Shown here: one piece after another, positions 1-8,263 of the stretch
How positions within the stretch are numbered: position 1 is the first letter of the stretch
Layout of the letters: each line of letters starts with the position of its first letter
Sequence record: NC_027399.1
Reading direction: 5' to 3' (one strand)
DNA length: 64,000 nt
The notes under the pieces: model-generated
Seen by the model: only the letters and a program-made list of their open reading frames with translations
What the model was told of the DNA's origin: nothing
Databases searched by the model: none
Made by a program: the position numbers and the translations under genes

Positions 1-13
1 AAGAGACTGAAAA

Positions 14-517
14 ATGGCTAAATTTGATCGACTACCAAAAAAGTATACTTTTATATTACATTTACTAAGAAGAAGTTCAGTACTAAAATCGTTAGTACCT
101 GATGATAAATCAAGAAAAGAACTTATTGAATGCATGTATGATATGTCAAGACATACATTATATAAATTATTAAAGGATTATAGTACTGATCCGTTTAATT
201 CACGCTTTGAACTAAATTCTTCACCGAATTATGTATCATTAGCGTCCATTGAAAAGTTTGAACTAAGAGACAAAACTAACAATATTCTTTTATGTATCAG
301 CAACTATAATGGTAGTACTGAAAAATACAACCCAAAGTATATCAAATGTAATGCATATATCAATGGAAAGTACACAAGTGATGTTTTAACTGAAAATGAA
401 AAATTGTACTTTTTACGCTTACATGAAGATGTACGAGTAATGATCAAAAACTTTGATGAATTGGAAAAATATCAGAAAATCAACGAAGTCAAAGATGAAT
501 TAAAAAGGTTATATTAA
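14..517 (+). CDS. hypothetical protein
   Basis: 167-aa ORF, GAGA-like RBS, overlaps next gene by 1 nt. Confidence 0.7.
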   Translation: MAKFDRLPKKYTFILHLLRRSSVLKSLVPDDKSRKELIECMYDMSRHTLYKLLKDYSTDPFNSRFELNSSPNYVSLASIEKFELRDKTNNILLCISNYNGSTEKYNPKYIKCNAYINGKYTSDVLTENEKLYFLRLHEDVRVMIKNFDELEKYQKINEVKDELKRLY

Positions 518-1005
518 TGGCTATTGCACCCAAGAAACCAAAACAAAACGATAACTCAGTAAAATGCATGTTAGGTGCATTGTTATTATCCAAAAGTTTA
601 ATACTAATGGAGTACAATAACAAAAGAGATATTTTAAATGCGAAGTACTACAATTCAAAAGTCTCACAAGAGGTATATCATTTCTGTAAGTACTGTGTGA
701 ACAATCCATCAGATATAAGTTATTTTAATGAAAGTGGTAATTTAAGATACCAAAATCCTGTTTTTGAATTTTATATCGAACATTATGATATGGGATTCAA
801 ATATTCATCACAATCTGATGTTGTATACTTTAAAGTTCAAAATAATTGGATGGAATTCAGTACTAACAAATATGACAAAATGTTATTGAGTTCAGTATTT
901 TTCTGTTTATCAGAAAGAGAAAGAAATGAAAAAATTCTTTCCAATATACAAAATACAATAGATAGTAAATTGCGTTATCTTGCTATGTATAAGGAGACAA
1001 AATGA
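517..1005 (+). CDS. hypothetical protein
   Basis: 162-aa ORF in tightly coupled operon. Confidence 0.7.
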   Translation: MAIAPKKPKQNDNSVKCMLGALLLSKSLILMEYNNKRDILNAKYYNSKVSQEVYHFCKYCVNNPSDISYFNESGNLRYQNPVFEFYIEHYDMGFKYSSQSDVVYFKVQNNWMEFSTNKYDKMLLSSVFFCLSERERNEKILSNIQNTIDSKLRYLAMYKETK

Positions 1006-1400
1006 CAATTGATGATATTTACAGTACAATAAGGAATTTGGATAAGTACAAAAAAGTTTTTGATTCAATTAACCGTAACATTTTTTATGGTATTGGTACT
1101 TATGATATTATACAACTGGAATACGATCAGGAAGGAAAAAGTGGTATAAATTTCGTGTGTCCACGTGACAGTGAAAACAATTTCATGTATGTTGAAGTGA
1201 ACGAAGATGGCATCAAATTTACAAAAATCTTCAAAGGTGGAATTGATTACGAAGAACTGGATTTGAATGAAGAAGATAGTTTCTTTCAACAAGATACTGT
1301 TATAAATCTTGGTTTTTCATTACAAGAGTACAGAGAAATGCATAAAGATTTTATGCGTTATTACAATGGTTTCCTCAAAGAATTAACGGTACATTTATGA
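1002..1400 (+). CDS. hypothetical protein
   Basis: AGGAG RBS, ATGA overlap. Confidence 0.75.
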   Translation: MTIDDIYSTIRNLDKYKKVFDSINRNIFYGIGTYDIIQLEYDQEGKSGINFVCPRDSENNFMYVEVNEDGIKFTKIFKGGIDYEELDLNEEDSFFQQDTVINLGFSLQEYREMHKDFMRYYNGFLKELTVHL

Positions 1401-1861
1401 ATCTCAATACAAGTGAAATGTTCTTTAACGATGTAAAATCAAAATTTCTAAAAAATGATGGTAGTGGTTTTGATGAAAAAATCAAAGAAGTAGTATTGCG
1501 TTGGAAAAATAGCCCAGTACTGAATAATATATGCCCTCGCTGGTCATGTCAAAGTCATGAATATGATGATTTTAATACTTATTATTACATCATCTTCTGT
1601 ACCCAAAACGATGGTGCGGAATTTCTGTACAATAAAGTATTGAAAAAGCTAATCGAACTCAGTGCAAAGTACGGTGTGATGGATAATTGTTGGGAATACA
1701 AGGTAATCCAGTTAATGAACACAATTGATAACAATCACACACCATTTGAACCACACGTAGAAATTGCATGTAGAGTATTTGGTGATTATAATAAAATTTG
1801 TATTTTAGAAAAAGTATGGTTAGAATTACTAGAAGGTATTGAAAAAGAATATGGGCAATAA
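1397..1861 (+). CDS. hypothetical protein
   Basis: 154-aa ORF, ATGA overlap. Confidence 0.7.
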   Translation: MNLNTSEMFFNDVKSKFLKNDGSGFDEKIKEVVLRWKNSPVLNNICPRWSCQSHEYDDFNTYYYIIFCTQNDGAEFLYNKVLKKLIELSAKYGVMDNCWEYKVIQLMNTIDNNHTPFEPHVEIACRVFGDYNKICILEKVWLELLEGIEKEYGQ

Positions 1862-3095
1862 TAATTTTTTAGAACAAAATATAGTTAAACATCTTGCAGG
1901 TTCAAATGCATATGGTACTAATACCCCTGAAAGTGATGTTGATTACAGGGGTATTTTTTTAGCATCAAAAGAATATATCATGACTCCCTTTTATAATGTA
2001 AAAGAAGTTACTGATTCTTCAGAAGAAGATACAAAATTTTATGAATTGAATCAGTACATGAAATTGTATCTGGACGCCAATCCAAACATTCTCGAAAGTT
2101 TGTGGGTAGATCCTTCGGATATTGTTGATAGTACTGAATTTTATGATTATCTACGCAAACACAATGCTGATTTACTAAGTTCACGAATTGCATTTACTTA
2201 TACTGGTTATGCTTATAATCAGGTAACTCGTATGAAAAATCATCACGGTTGGATGGATAAAGAACGTACAGCAGAAAATAGATTAAATGAAATTATTTCT
2301 TTATATCCATATACTATCACAAAAGAATGGATGTATGATACGTTTCCAGATTATCTGGTTGAACGTGTATTAAAAGATGTAATCTTATCAAACATGAACA
2401 TTTCAATTGATTTTGAAAAATTAATGCGTGATACTTCATTACAACTGGTTTCTATTGTCCCATTGAAGCAATACCATTTTGTCAAATTAGTACATAATTA
2501 CAGTACTGAAAAAGTTCTTGATCGTGATTTCAATTTACTGAATTACAATAATGGTTATGAATTAATTCACTACGGTGAAAATATTTTTGCTCTTGTAAAA
2601 AATAAAAATGAGAGTACAATTAATTCTGATGGTACATTGCGTTATTTCAATAAAGAACGTAGTACTGAAGAATTGAAAACTTATCCTGAACTTATCATCA
2701 AATTCAATAATAAAGAATGGACTGAAAATTCTGATAACAGAAAGAACTATCACAAATGGAAGAAAAATCGTAACACTAAGCGTTCTATTATGGAAATGCA
2801 ATCAGGTTATGATCGAAAATTTGCAATGCATACTATCAGGTTATTGAACACTGCTGAAGAAGCATTGGAAAGTGGTATTATTCATGTCAAACGACCAGAT
2901 GCACAATTTTTATTGGATATCAGAAATGGTAAGTACACCTATGATGAGATCATGGAAATGTATAATACCAAACAACACAATATCCGAGAAGTTCTGTACA
3001 AAAAATCAGTACTACCAAAGAAACCGAATATCAAATTAGCTACCAAGATTTTACTTGATATTCGTGAAATGCAATTTTATGGTAAAAAATCTTAA
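1851..3095 (+). CDS. DNA polymerase beta-superfamily nucleotidyltransferase (RlaP/PF10127-like)
   Basis: GSNAYGTNTPESDVDYRGIF (GS..DxD) motif and C-terminal KFAMHTIRLL...RPDAQFLLDIRNGKY; ATG 1851 preferred over TTG 1839. Confidence 0.8.
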   Translation: MGNNNFLEQNIVKHLAGSNAYGTNTPESDVDYRGIFLASKEYIMTPFYNVKEVTDSSEEDTKFYELNQYMKLYLDANPNILESLWVDPSDIVDSTEFYDYLRKHNADLLSSRIAFTYTGYAYNQVTRMKNHHGWMDKERTAENRLNEIISLYPYTITKEWMYDTFPDYLVERVLKDVILSNMNISIDFEKLMRDTSLQLVSIVPLKQYHFVKLVHNYSTEKVLDRDFNLLNYNNGYELIHYGENIFALVKNKNESTINSDGTLRYFNKERSTEELKTYPELIIKFNNKEWTENSDNRKNYHKWKKNRNTKRSIMEMQSGYDRKFAMHTIRLLNTAEEALESGIIHVKRPDAQFLLDIRNGKYTYDEIMEMYNTKQHNIREVLYKKSVLPKKPNIKLATKILLDIREMQFYGKKS

Positions 3096-3112
3096 CACAA
3101 AGAGGTAATTAT

Positions 3113-3577
3113 ATGAGCAACTATTCAGAGTATAAACAAAAAGAAATTGAATTGAAAGAAATGGTGAAAACCGTTGGTAAAGAACTCATTCAAGAAATGT
3201 ACGAACAGTTCTTTGAAAAGTACCCAGAAGTTAAATTTGTTAGTACCGTTGGTTATATCCCAGGGTTTAACGATGGTGATGCTTGTGAATTCACATCTGA
3301 TACCGAATTTAGTGGAGATTATGTTGAAAATCTTAGCGAAGAAAGTTTAGAAGATATGGTCATTGCATTTGGTGGTGAACCAGGTGAAGATGATTTATTT
3401 GATCTTGATACTGCGGAAAATCCAAACTGGAATTATCAACAATACAACGCCGCCGGGCAAGATGTGGACGTCGACCTGCTGGAAAAAGTATATGGTTATG
3501 ATTGGATTGTTGTTGCTTATAAAGGTATTGATGGAACAGTTTCAATTGTTCAAGAGGATTATGATTGTGGATATTAA
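3113..3577 (+). CDS. hypothetical protein, paralog A (PxFNDGxxC...EDYDCGY)
   Basis: GAGG RBS; motifs shared with the next gene. Confidence 0.8.
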   Translation: MSNYSEYKQKEIELKEMVKTVGKELIQEMYEQFFEKYPEVKFVSTVGYIPGFNDGDACEFTSDTEFSGDYVENLSEESLEDMVIAFGGEPGEDDLFDLDTAENPNWNYQQYNAAGQDVDVDLLEKVYGYDWIVVAYKGIDGTVSIVQEDYDCGY

Positions 3578-4031
3578 TGCTATCGTTGCAAACATGAATG
3601 CAGAAATTGAAGAAGTACGTCAAAAATATGTAACTATATTTAATGATGATTTCAATATTGTATTACAAGCTATTAAAGACAAATATCCTGCACTCGAAGT
3701 TGTTTATATTCGTGCATGGACACCTCATTGGAATGACGGCGAAGAATGTACACACAAAATGTCTGTATATGTAGATAACAATGGTAAGTATACTGATATC
3801 GAAGAGTTTTTTGAATGTACTGAACGTAATTTTGATTGGGATGAAGCACCTGATTGTATTAAGAATGTCAACAAAGGCATAAGTACTAAAATGTCGAACG
3901 AGATTGTTGGTCTATTCGAAGCTTATCAGGATTCATTTGAAAGTATTCTAGGCACGAACTGGAAAATGACAATTGACTTTACACAAGAACGACCCATTAT
4001 GGTTAAAGAAGATTATGAGTGTGGATATTAA
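3567..4031 (+). CDS. hypothetical protein, paralog B (PxWNDGxxC...EDYECGY)
   Basis: GTG at 3567 with AAGAGGA RBS at 3552-3558; ORF-track start 3363 overlaps paralog A and is unlikely. Confidence 0.75.
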   Translation: MDINAIVANMNAEIEEVRQKYVTIFNDDFNIVLQAIKDKYPALEVVYIRAWTPHWNDGEECTHKMSVYVDNNGKYTDIEEFFECTERNFDWDEAPDCIKNVNKGISTKMSNEIVGLFEAYQDSFESILGTNWKMTIDFTQERPIMVKEDYECGY

Positions 4032-4578
4032 TATCCTTAATCCCGTAGGTAGCATTAGTACTGATCTATTTAAGTTTAATGCTCCTACGGGAGTATTGCC
4101 TGATTTAGTACTTAAATATGAAAATCCAAATAAGGTTTTTGATTTAGCTCATCCAGATTTAGTACCTTTGATTGAACGTATGCTCAAAGAAATTAAGAAA
4201 TTTGATTCGAGAGATTGTGTTATTGATTATAAAGTACGTTCATTGAAATCTGGTGATCCTGGTAGTACTATTCCAGGATTTCACATTGATTGTTGTAATG
4301 ATATTCATGATGATTTTGAACCAGAGACTCATTTGATTTATAGTACAGTACAAGGTACATCATTTGCTGTTAATCCAATCGATGTATCTCGTTATAATTC
4401 AGTTCATGAAGTACTTAAAAATGAATCTATAACCGAAGTCATTGGTAGTACTGAATCAGTTCATAGATTTACATCTAAGGTATTACACCGATGCCCAATT
4501 ATTGAACATGATTGTCAACGAATTTTAATTCGTGTAACATCTGGATTTAAAGATAGATTAAAGAGAAACAGAAAATGA
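4015..4578 (+). CDS. 2OG-Fe(II) oxygenase-like protein
   Basis: PGFHID (HxD), distal LHR and RILIRV motifs; start ATG 4015 or GTG 4021. Confidence 0.6.
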   Translation: MSVDINILNPVGSISTDLFKFNAPTGVLPDLVLKYENPNKVFDLAHPDLVPLIERMLKEIKKFDSRDCVIDYKVRSLKSGDPGSTIPGFHIDCCNDIHDDFEPETHLIYSTVQGTSFAVNPIDVSRYNSVHEVLKNESITEVIGSTESVHRFTSKVLHRCPIIEHDCQRILIRVTSGFKDRLKRNRK

Positions 4579-4982
4579 ATAAATCAATTAAAGATGCTCT
4601 TAATATTCTGGAACGAGAGTATTATAAAATCAAAGGTTCAATCAACCAATACAAAGTTCGAGAAGAAATTCTCAATAGAGTAGAGGAAATGAAAAACCGT
4701 TCCATTGAAAAACAAAATATCCAAAATAATACAACAAAAGAAACAGTATTGAATGCTTTTGTCAAAATTATAGAGGATACTGGATATTCAGACACAGATT
4801 ATGAAATCACAGAAAACATGACTGTACTGAATATTAAAGAAAAATTCAATCTGGATACATGGGACTGGTTTGATATCATGGTTGAAGTATCAGAACTTTT
4901 CGATGTACACTTAGATGATGAATTGTATCTGGATGATGTAGTACTGAAAGATATTATTGAAGAAATTTTGAAAGATATTTAA
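4575..4982 (+). CDS. protein with C-terminal acyl carrier protein-like domain
   Basis: NLDTWDWFDIMVEVSELFDVHLDDE aligns by eye with ACP [25 protein letters not shown]. Confidence 0.6.
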   Translation: MNKSIKDALNILEREYYKIKGSINQYKVREEILNRVEEMKNRSIEKQNIQNNTTKETVLNAFVKIIEDTGYSDTDYEITENMTVLNIKEKFNLDTWDWFDIMVEVSELFDVHLDDELYLDDVVLKDIIEEILKDI

Positions 4983-4992
4983 AAATAGACCC

Positions 4993-4998
4993 TAAATA
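4993..4998 (+). promoter_or_regulatory. T4-like late promoter TAAATA (spanin operon)
   Basis: CCTAAATA 23 nt upstream of i-spanin; same motif precedes most structural genes. Confidence 0.55.
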
Positions 4999-5020
4999 TT
5001 CATATATCTTTGAAGGAGAT

Positions 5021-5395
5021 GTGAATATGTTAGAGTTTATAATCAAGGTTGTATCCGACAATTATAAACCCATCCTGATTGTATTGGCGATGGGTTTTTG
5101 TGTTTTCGGAGGATGGAAAGCAAATACTTATTACACCGGTTATCAATTAAGTATTTCCCAAAAAATTGAGAAAAAAGTAGATGATGCTATTGATAAGCTA
5201 CAACAAGAAAGTGCAAAAAATTTAGTTGAAACACAAAAGACAATTAAAGAGAATGCAACTAAAATTGTGGAAACCAAAGTACCAGTTATTATAGAGAAAA
5301 AAGTATACCAAAATGTCTGTTTAGATGAAGATGGTCTTCAGGTACTAAAAGAATTAAAACTTAATTCAACTGAAGGAAGGAGAAAACTACAATGA
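5021..5395 (+). CDS. i-spanin (Rz-like)
   Basis: N-terminal TM helix, coiled coil, C-terminal IIEKKVYQNVCLDEDG typical of Rz; precedes a lipoprotein. Confidence 0.8.
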   Translation: MNMLEFIIKVVSDNYKPILIVLAMGFCVFGGWKANTYYTGYQLSISQKIEKKVDDAIDKLQQESAKNLVETQKTIKENATKIVETKVPVIIEKKVYQNVCLDEDGLQVLKELKLNSTEGRRKLQ

Positions 5396-5709
5396 AATTT
5401 AAATTAAAATATGTTGTACTACTGTTGGTATTATCTTTAATTGGATGCAATAGTACTGCTCCAGTTGAGATGAAACAACAAGTACAACAGGAAGTACTAT
5501 TGGAACGCTGTTCAGAAGACACTCCATTACCAACACAAAAAACTGTTGACAAAGACGGAAATGTTGGATATGATGGTAAAGAAGTCTTTAGGGTATTACG
5601 TGAATGGGATGCAATTTATTTTGATTGTGCGAGCCGTTTAGATGCACTCATTACGTATCTACAAAAAACCCAAGATCCTAATTTTAAGGTAACTATAAAG
5701 GATAAGTAA
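5392..5709 (+). CDS. o-spanin (Rz1-like lipoprotein)
   Basis: Lipobox LIGC, Pro-rich stretch, YFDCASRLDAL. Confidence 0.8.
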   Translation: MKFKLKYVVLLLVLSLIGCNSTAPVEMKQQVQQEVLLERCSEDTPLPTQKTVDKDGNVGYDGKEVFRVLREWDAIYFDCASRLDALITYLQKTQDPNFKVTIKDK

Positions 5710-6293
5710 TGAATAAGTACAAAGTACTAAAAGTATTACCTTTATCATTTCTAAATTCGTTAGATCATAATGATATCAAATCAAAAATAGGACATTGTGG
5801 TGATTCAAATTTTTTATACTATCCACAAAAAGTAAAAACATTTTCCAAGAATCACAAATGTGTAGCATGTGGTATCGAAGCCACTGAAGTACGAATTGAA
5901 TACATGCAAGAGTGTTCTCATGCAATCTATAGCAAACCACACATCAATGTATATGCGGTGCTTGGTAATTATTCAGTACTAATGACAGTTGATCACGATA
6001 TACTTGCATCCGAAGGCGGAAATGATTTAGACAATAATTTTAGTACCATGTGTTCCAAATGTAATAACAAAAGAGGATCAAAGTATAAGACACTCAAATC
6101 ATTCCTCAAATCAATTGAGGGGCGAGATCTCTTAACGGAATACATGTCTGTACCTAAAAAGACAAAAACCAGTCAGAACGTGGCTGAGCAGCGTTTACAT
6201 GATGAATTTTGGGAATTAGGACATAACTGGCATTACAGAGAATATCTTCGTTATCTGAAGGCCAAAAATAAAGCTAAAAAGAAAGGGGCATAA
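5709..6293 (+). CDS. HNH endonuclease
   Basis: CVAC...TVDHDILASEGG..DNNFSTMCSKCNNKRG. Confidence 0.8.
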   Translation: MNKYKVLKVLPLSFLNSLDHNDIKSKIGHCGDSNFLYYPQKVKTFSKNHKCVACGIEATEVRIEYMQECSHAIYSKPHINVYAVLGNYSVLMTVDHDILASEGGNDLDNNFSTMCSKCNNKRGSKYKTLKSFLKSIEGRDLLTEYMSVPKKTKTSQNVAEQRLHDEFWELGHNWHYREYLRYLKAKNKAKKKGA

Positions 6294-6310
6294 GTTGCCC
6301 CTTTACTTTT
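6283..6310 (+). terminator. intrinsic terminator
   Basis: AAGGGGCA-taagt-TGCCCCTT followed by T-rich tract. Confidence 0.75.
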
Positions 6311-6366
6311 ATCCAAATTTTGTTATAATATAAAAATCAAAATTTAATAAAAATGAGAAAAGAGTA

Positions 6367-6762
6367 ATGCTCAAAGAGTTTGATTACAGTACTTTAGAAG
6401 TTATTTCAGCAGTTAAAAATATCAACAATTTAGATGATGAAAAAACAGTACTAATAACAATCACATTTGTAAACAAAGAAGATTCATATAAACATTTATC
6501 TGGTATAGAAGAAATGTTGCATAAACTTCATTTAGAAGAAAATCGGAAATATATTAAACTACAATGTAGTTATACCCAAAATTTGAACAATTTTTTAATT
6601 ATAAATAAAACAATTAAGATTAGTTTCAATGATCCTAAACAAAAATACCGTACTAAATCGTTCAACGAAGATCAGGTTAGTAATGAATTACTAATGGATA
6701 TTGAATTTATCAATGATTTCTTCGATTCATGTGATAATGAATTAAAAAAGGTATACGTGTAA
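6367..6762 (+). CDS. hypothetical protein
   Basis: 131-aa ORF with extended -10 TGtTATAAT at 6321-6329 upstream. Confidence 0.7.
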   Translation: MLKEFDYSTLEVISAVKNINNLDDEKTVLITITFVNKEDSYKHLSGIEEMLHKLHLEENRKYIKLQCSYTQNLNNFLIINKTIKISFNDPKQKYRTKSFNEDQVSNELLMDIEFINDFFDSCDNELKKVYV

Positions 6763-6770
6763 AAATATTT

Positions 6771-6807
6771 TTGAACAATTTTAGTACTATGTAATATAAT
6801 GTAAATA
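6771..6807 (+). promoter_or_regulatory. sigma70-type promoter with adjacent late TAAATA, upstream of the non-coding region
   Basis: TTGAAC(6771-6776)-N18-TATAAT(6795-6800); TAAATA at 6802-6807. Confidence 0.6.
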
Positions 6808-7295
6808 ATATCAATTCGAGGACTGAATTCTGCTGAATATCTATATGTATATGGATATACAAATAAACTTGAACCTATCGAAAACGTAGAGAGGCATTTG
6901 AGTGGTTCAGCNNNATAAAATCCTAAGTGTGAGCTTACAAAGCACAGCCATAATTCCAAAGAGTGCACAGGAGTCATCGCAACACGGCAAGTAAAAGAGA
7001 GCTATAGACATATGCTTTCCATCACTATAATCCTCTGGTGATGATAGATTGAACCTACGGAAAGTATTTTTCATAATTGTTAAGGGAGAATACACCAAAA
7101 TTTTTACAGGAGAGTTGCGTCTAAATTTTGTTGTATTCAAGTACTGAGATTGGTCAAATAGTCTCAGTATTAAGTGTGTGGTATGATACCTACTAAACCA
7201 CATGACCTCTGCATAAGACTGAGATAGGGAGAAACCGGGCAGACCGCTTCCGTTCTTTATAAAAAAAGAAATTCTCAATTTGACAGTTTCGAAGA
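6807..7295 (+). ncRNA. candidate large structured non-coding RNA (~480 nt)
   Basis: No credible CDS, raised GC, many nested stems with G-U pairs, and a long-range closing helix 6815-6829 with 7277-7293. Confidence 0.55.
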
Positions 7296-7301
7296 CTACC
7301 A

Positions 7302-7419
7302 TCTTCAAGAAATAAAAAAACGTTTTTAAGAACGCGTTTCGTTGCGTTATTTTTTTCTTCCCTCCCTGTGGGGGGGGGATATAAAGTTTCTCTTCCAAAC
7401 CTCTTCAAGAAATAAAAAA
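7302..7419. repeat. 18-bp direct repeat TCTTCAAGAAATAAAAAA spaced 100 bp apart, flanking a C-tract/G-tract hairpin
   Basis: Copies at 7302-7319 and 7402-7419; CCCTCCC-TGT-GGGGGGG and AACGC..GCGTT stems between them. Confidence 0.8.
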
Positions 7420-7767
7420 GAAAAACAACAATTACCGATTAAAATCAAACAACACAGAACGAAACGAAGTGAAGTGAATGAGTTGTTTGATTTTATGAGA
7501 GATGTGTTGAACGAAGTGAAATACATCTTGACATGGATAAACAATAAGTACTTAATTAATAAAAACAAATAAATCAAGTACTGAAATAAATTACAAAGGA
7601 ATTATATCTAATGAATACTATAAAAAAAAGAACCAGATATAATTAAGTACCGATTGGTTCTCTTTTTAAATAACCGACTATAAATTAGTCAAATCAAATA
7701 AATTCATTTAATAAAAAGAAATAAATATTTCTATAAATCCCAACCAAAGGGCTTATAGGAGAAATTA

Positions 7768-8217
7768 ATGCAAGAACCACAAGACATAAATCAGTTACGC
7801 AATTTAATGGATTTCATAGTACAATCAGAAGAAGACGAGTCCTATGATCAATTACTGCTTACATTTATTGAAAATAGTTTATTCCTTGAATCAGCAGCAC
7901 ACAACTGGCATTTACAAAGCAAACACTACACAAAGCACTTGCAATTAGATGAGTTATACAAAGAACTACCGGAGTTCATTGATGCATTTATTGAAGGAAT
8001 TATGGAATCAAGAGGGCCATTAATAATTGGTACTGGAAATAGCTACCAATTCACTGAAATAAGTACTTGTATTCCTACTTTAGAAGAGTATCTAAATCAA
8101 TGCGAAGCAATTCACCAGATGCTTGAATCTAATGAGGACTATGGAAGTACTAACACACTTGAAGACATAATGAGTTTTATTGATGGTGTTCTTTATAAAT
8201 TAAAACATTTACAATAA
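7768..8217 (+). CDS. Dps/ferritin-like protein
   Basis: AHNWHLQ..HYTKHLQLDELY...DAFIE ferroxidase-like motif, four-helix-bundle size, AGGAG RBS. Confidence 0.7.
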   Translation: MQEPQDINQLRNLMDFIVQSEEDESYDQLLLTFIENSLFLESAAHNWHLQSKHYTKHLQLDELYKELPEFIDAFIEGIMESRGPLIIGTGNSYQFTEISTCIPTLEEYLNQCEAIHQMLESNEDYGSTNTLEDIMSFIDGVLYKLKHLQ

Positions 8218-8222
8218 TAAAT

Positions 8223-8250
8223 GGAGAGTCAAAAGACTCTCCTTTCTTTT
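8223..8250 (+). terminator. intrinsic terminator
   Basis: GGAGAGTC-aaaa-GACTCTCC + TTTCTTTT. Confidence 0.8.
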
Positions 8251-8263
8251 TGGATAAAATAAT

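Noticed and set aside
3363-3566. N-terminal extension of the 222-aa ORF in the track
   Set aside because: Overlaps 200 nt of paralog A; GTG 3567 has a good RBS and gives a length equal to the paralog
6907-7398. 163-aa minus-strand ORF (and 6672-6977, 7193-7408, 7342-7572, 7347-7577) over the non-coding region
   Set aside because: No RBS, atypical composition, opposite to the local + strand promoter, runs into NNN; better explained as chance open frames in structured DNA, though not formally excluded
6807-7700. Group I/II intron, tmRNA or RNase P identity for the structured region
   Set aside because: Not inside a split gene; no domain V, no GAGGAAAGUCC, no tRNA-like ends with CCA; the AGACTA/TAGTC match is too short to mean anything
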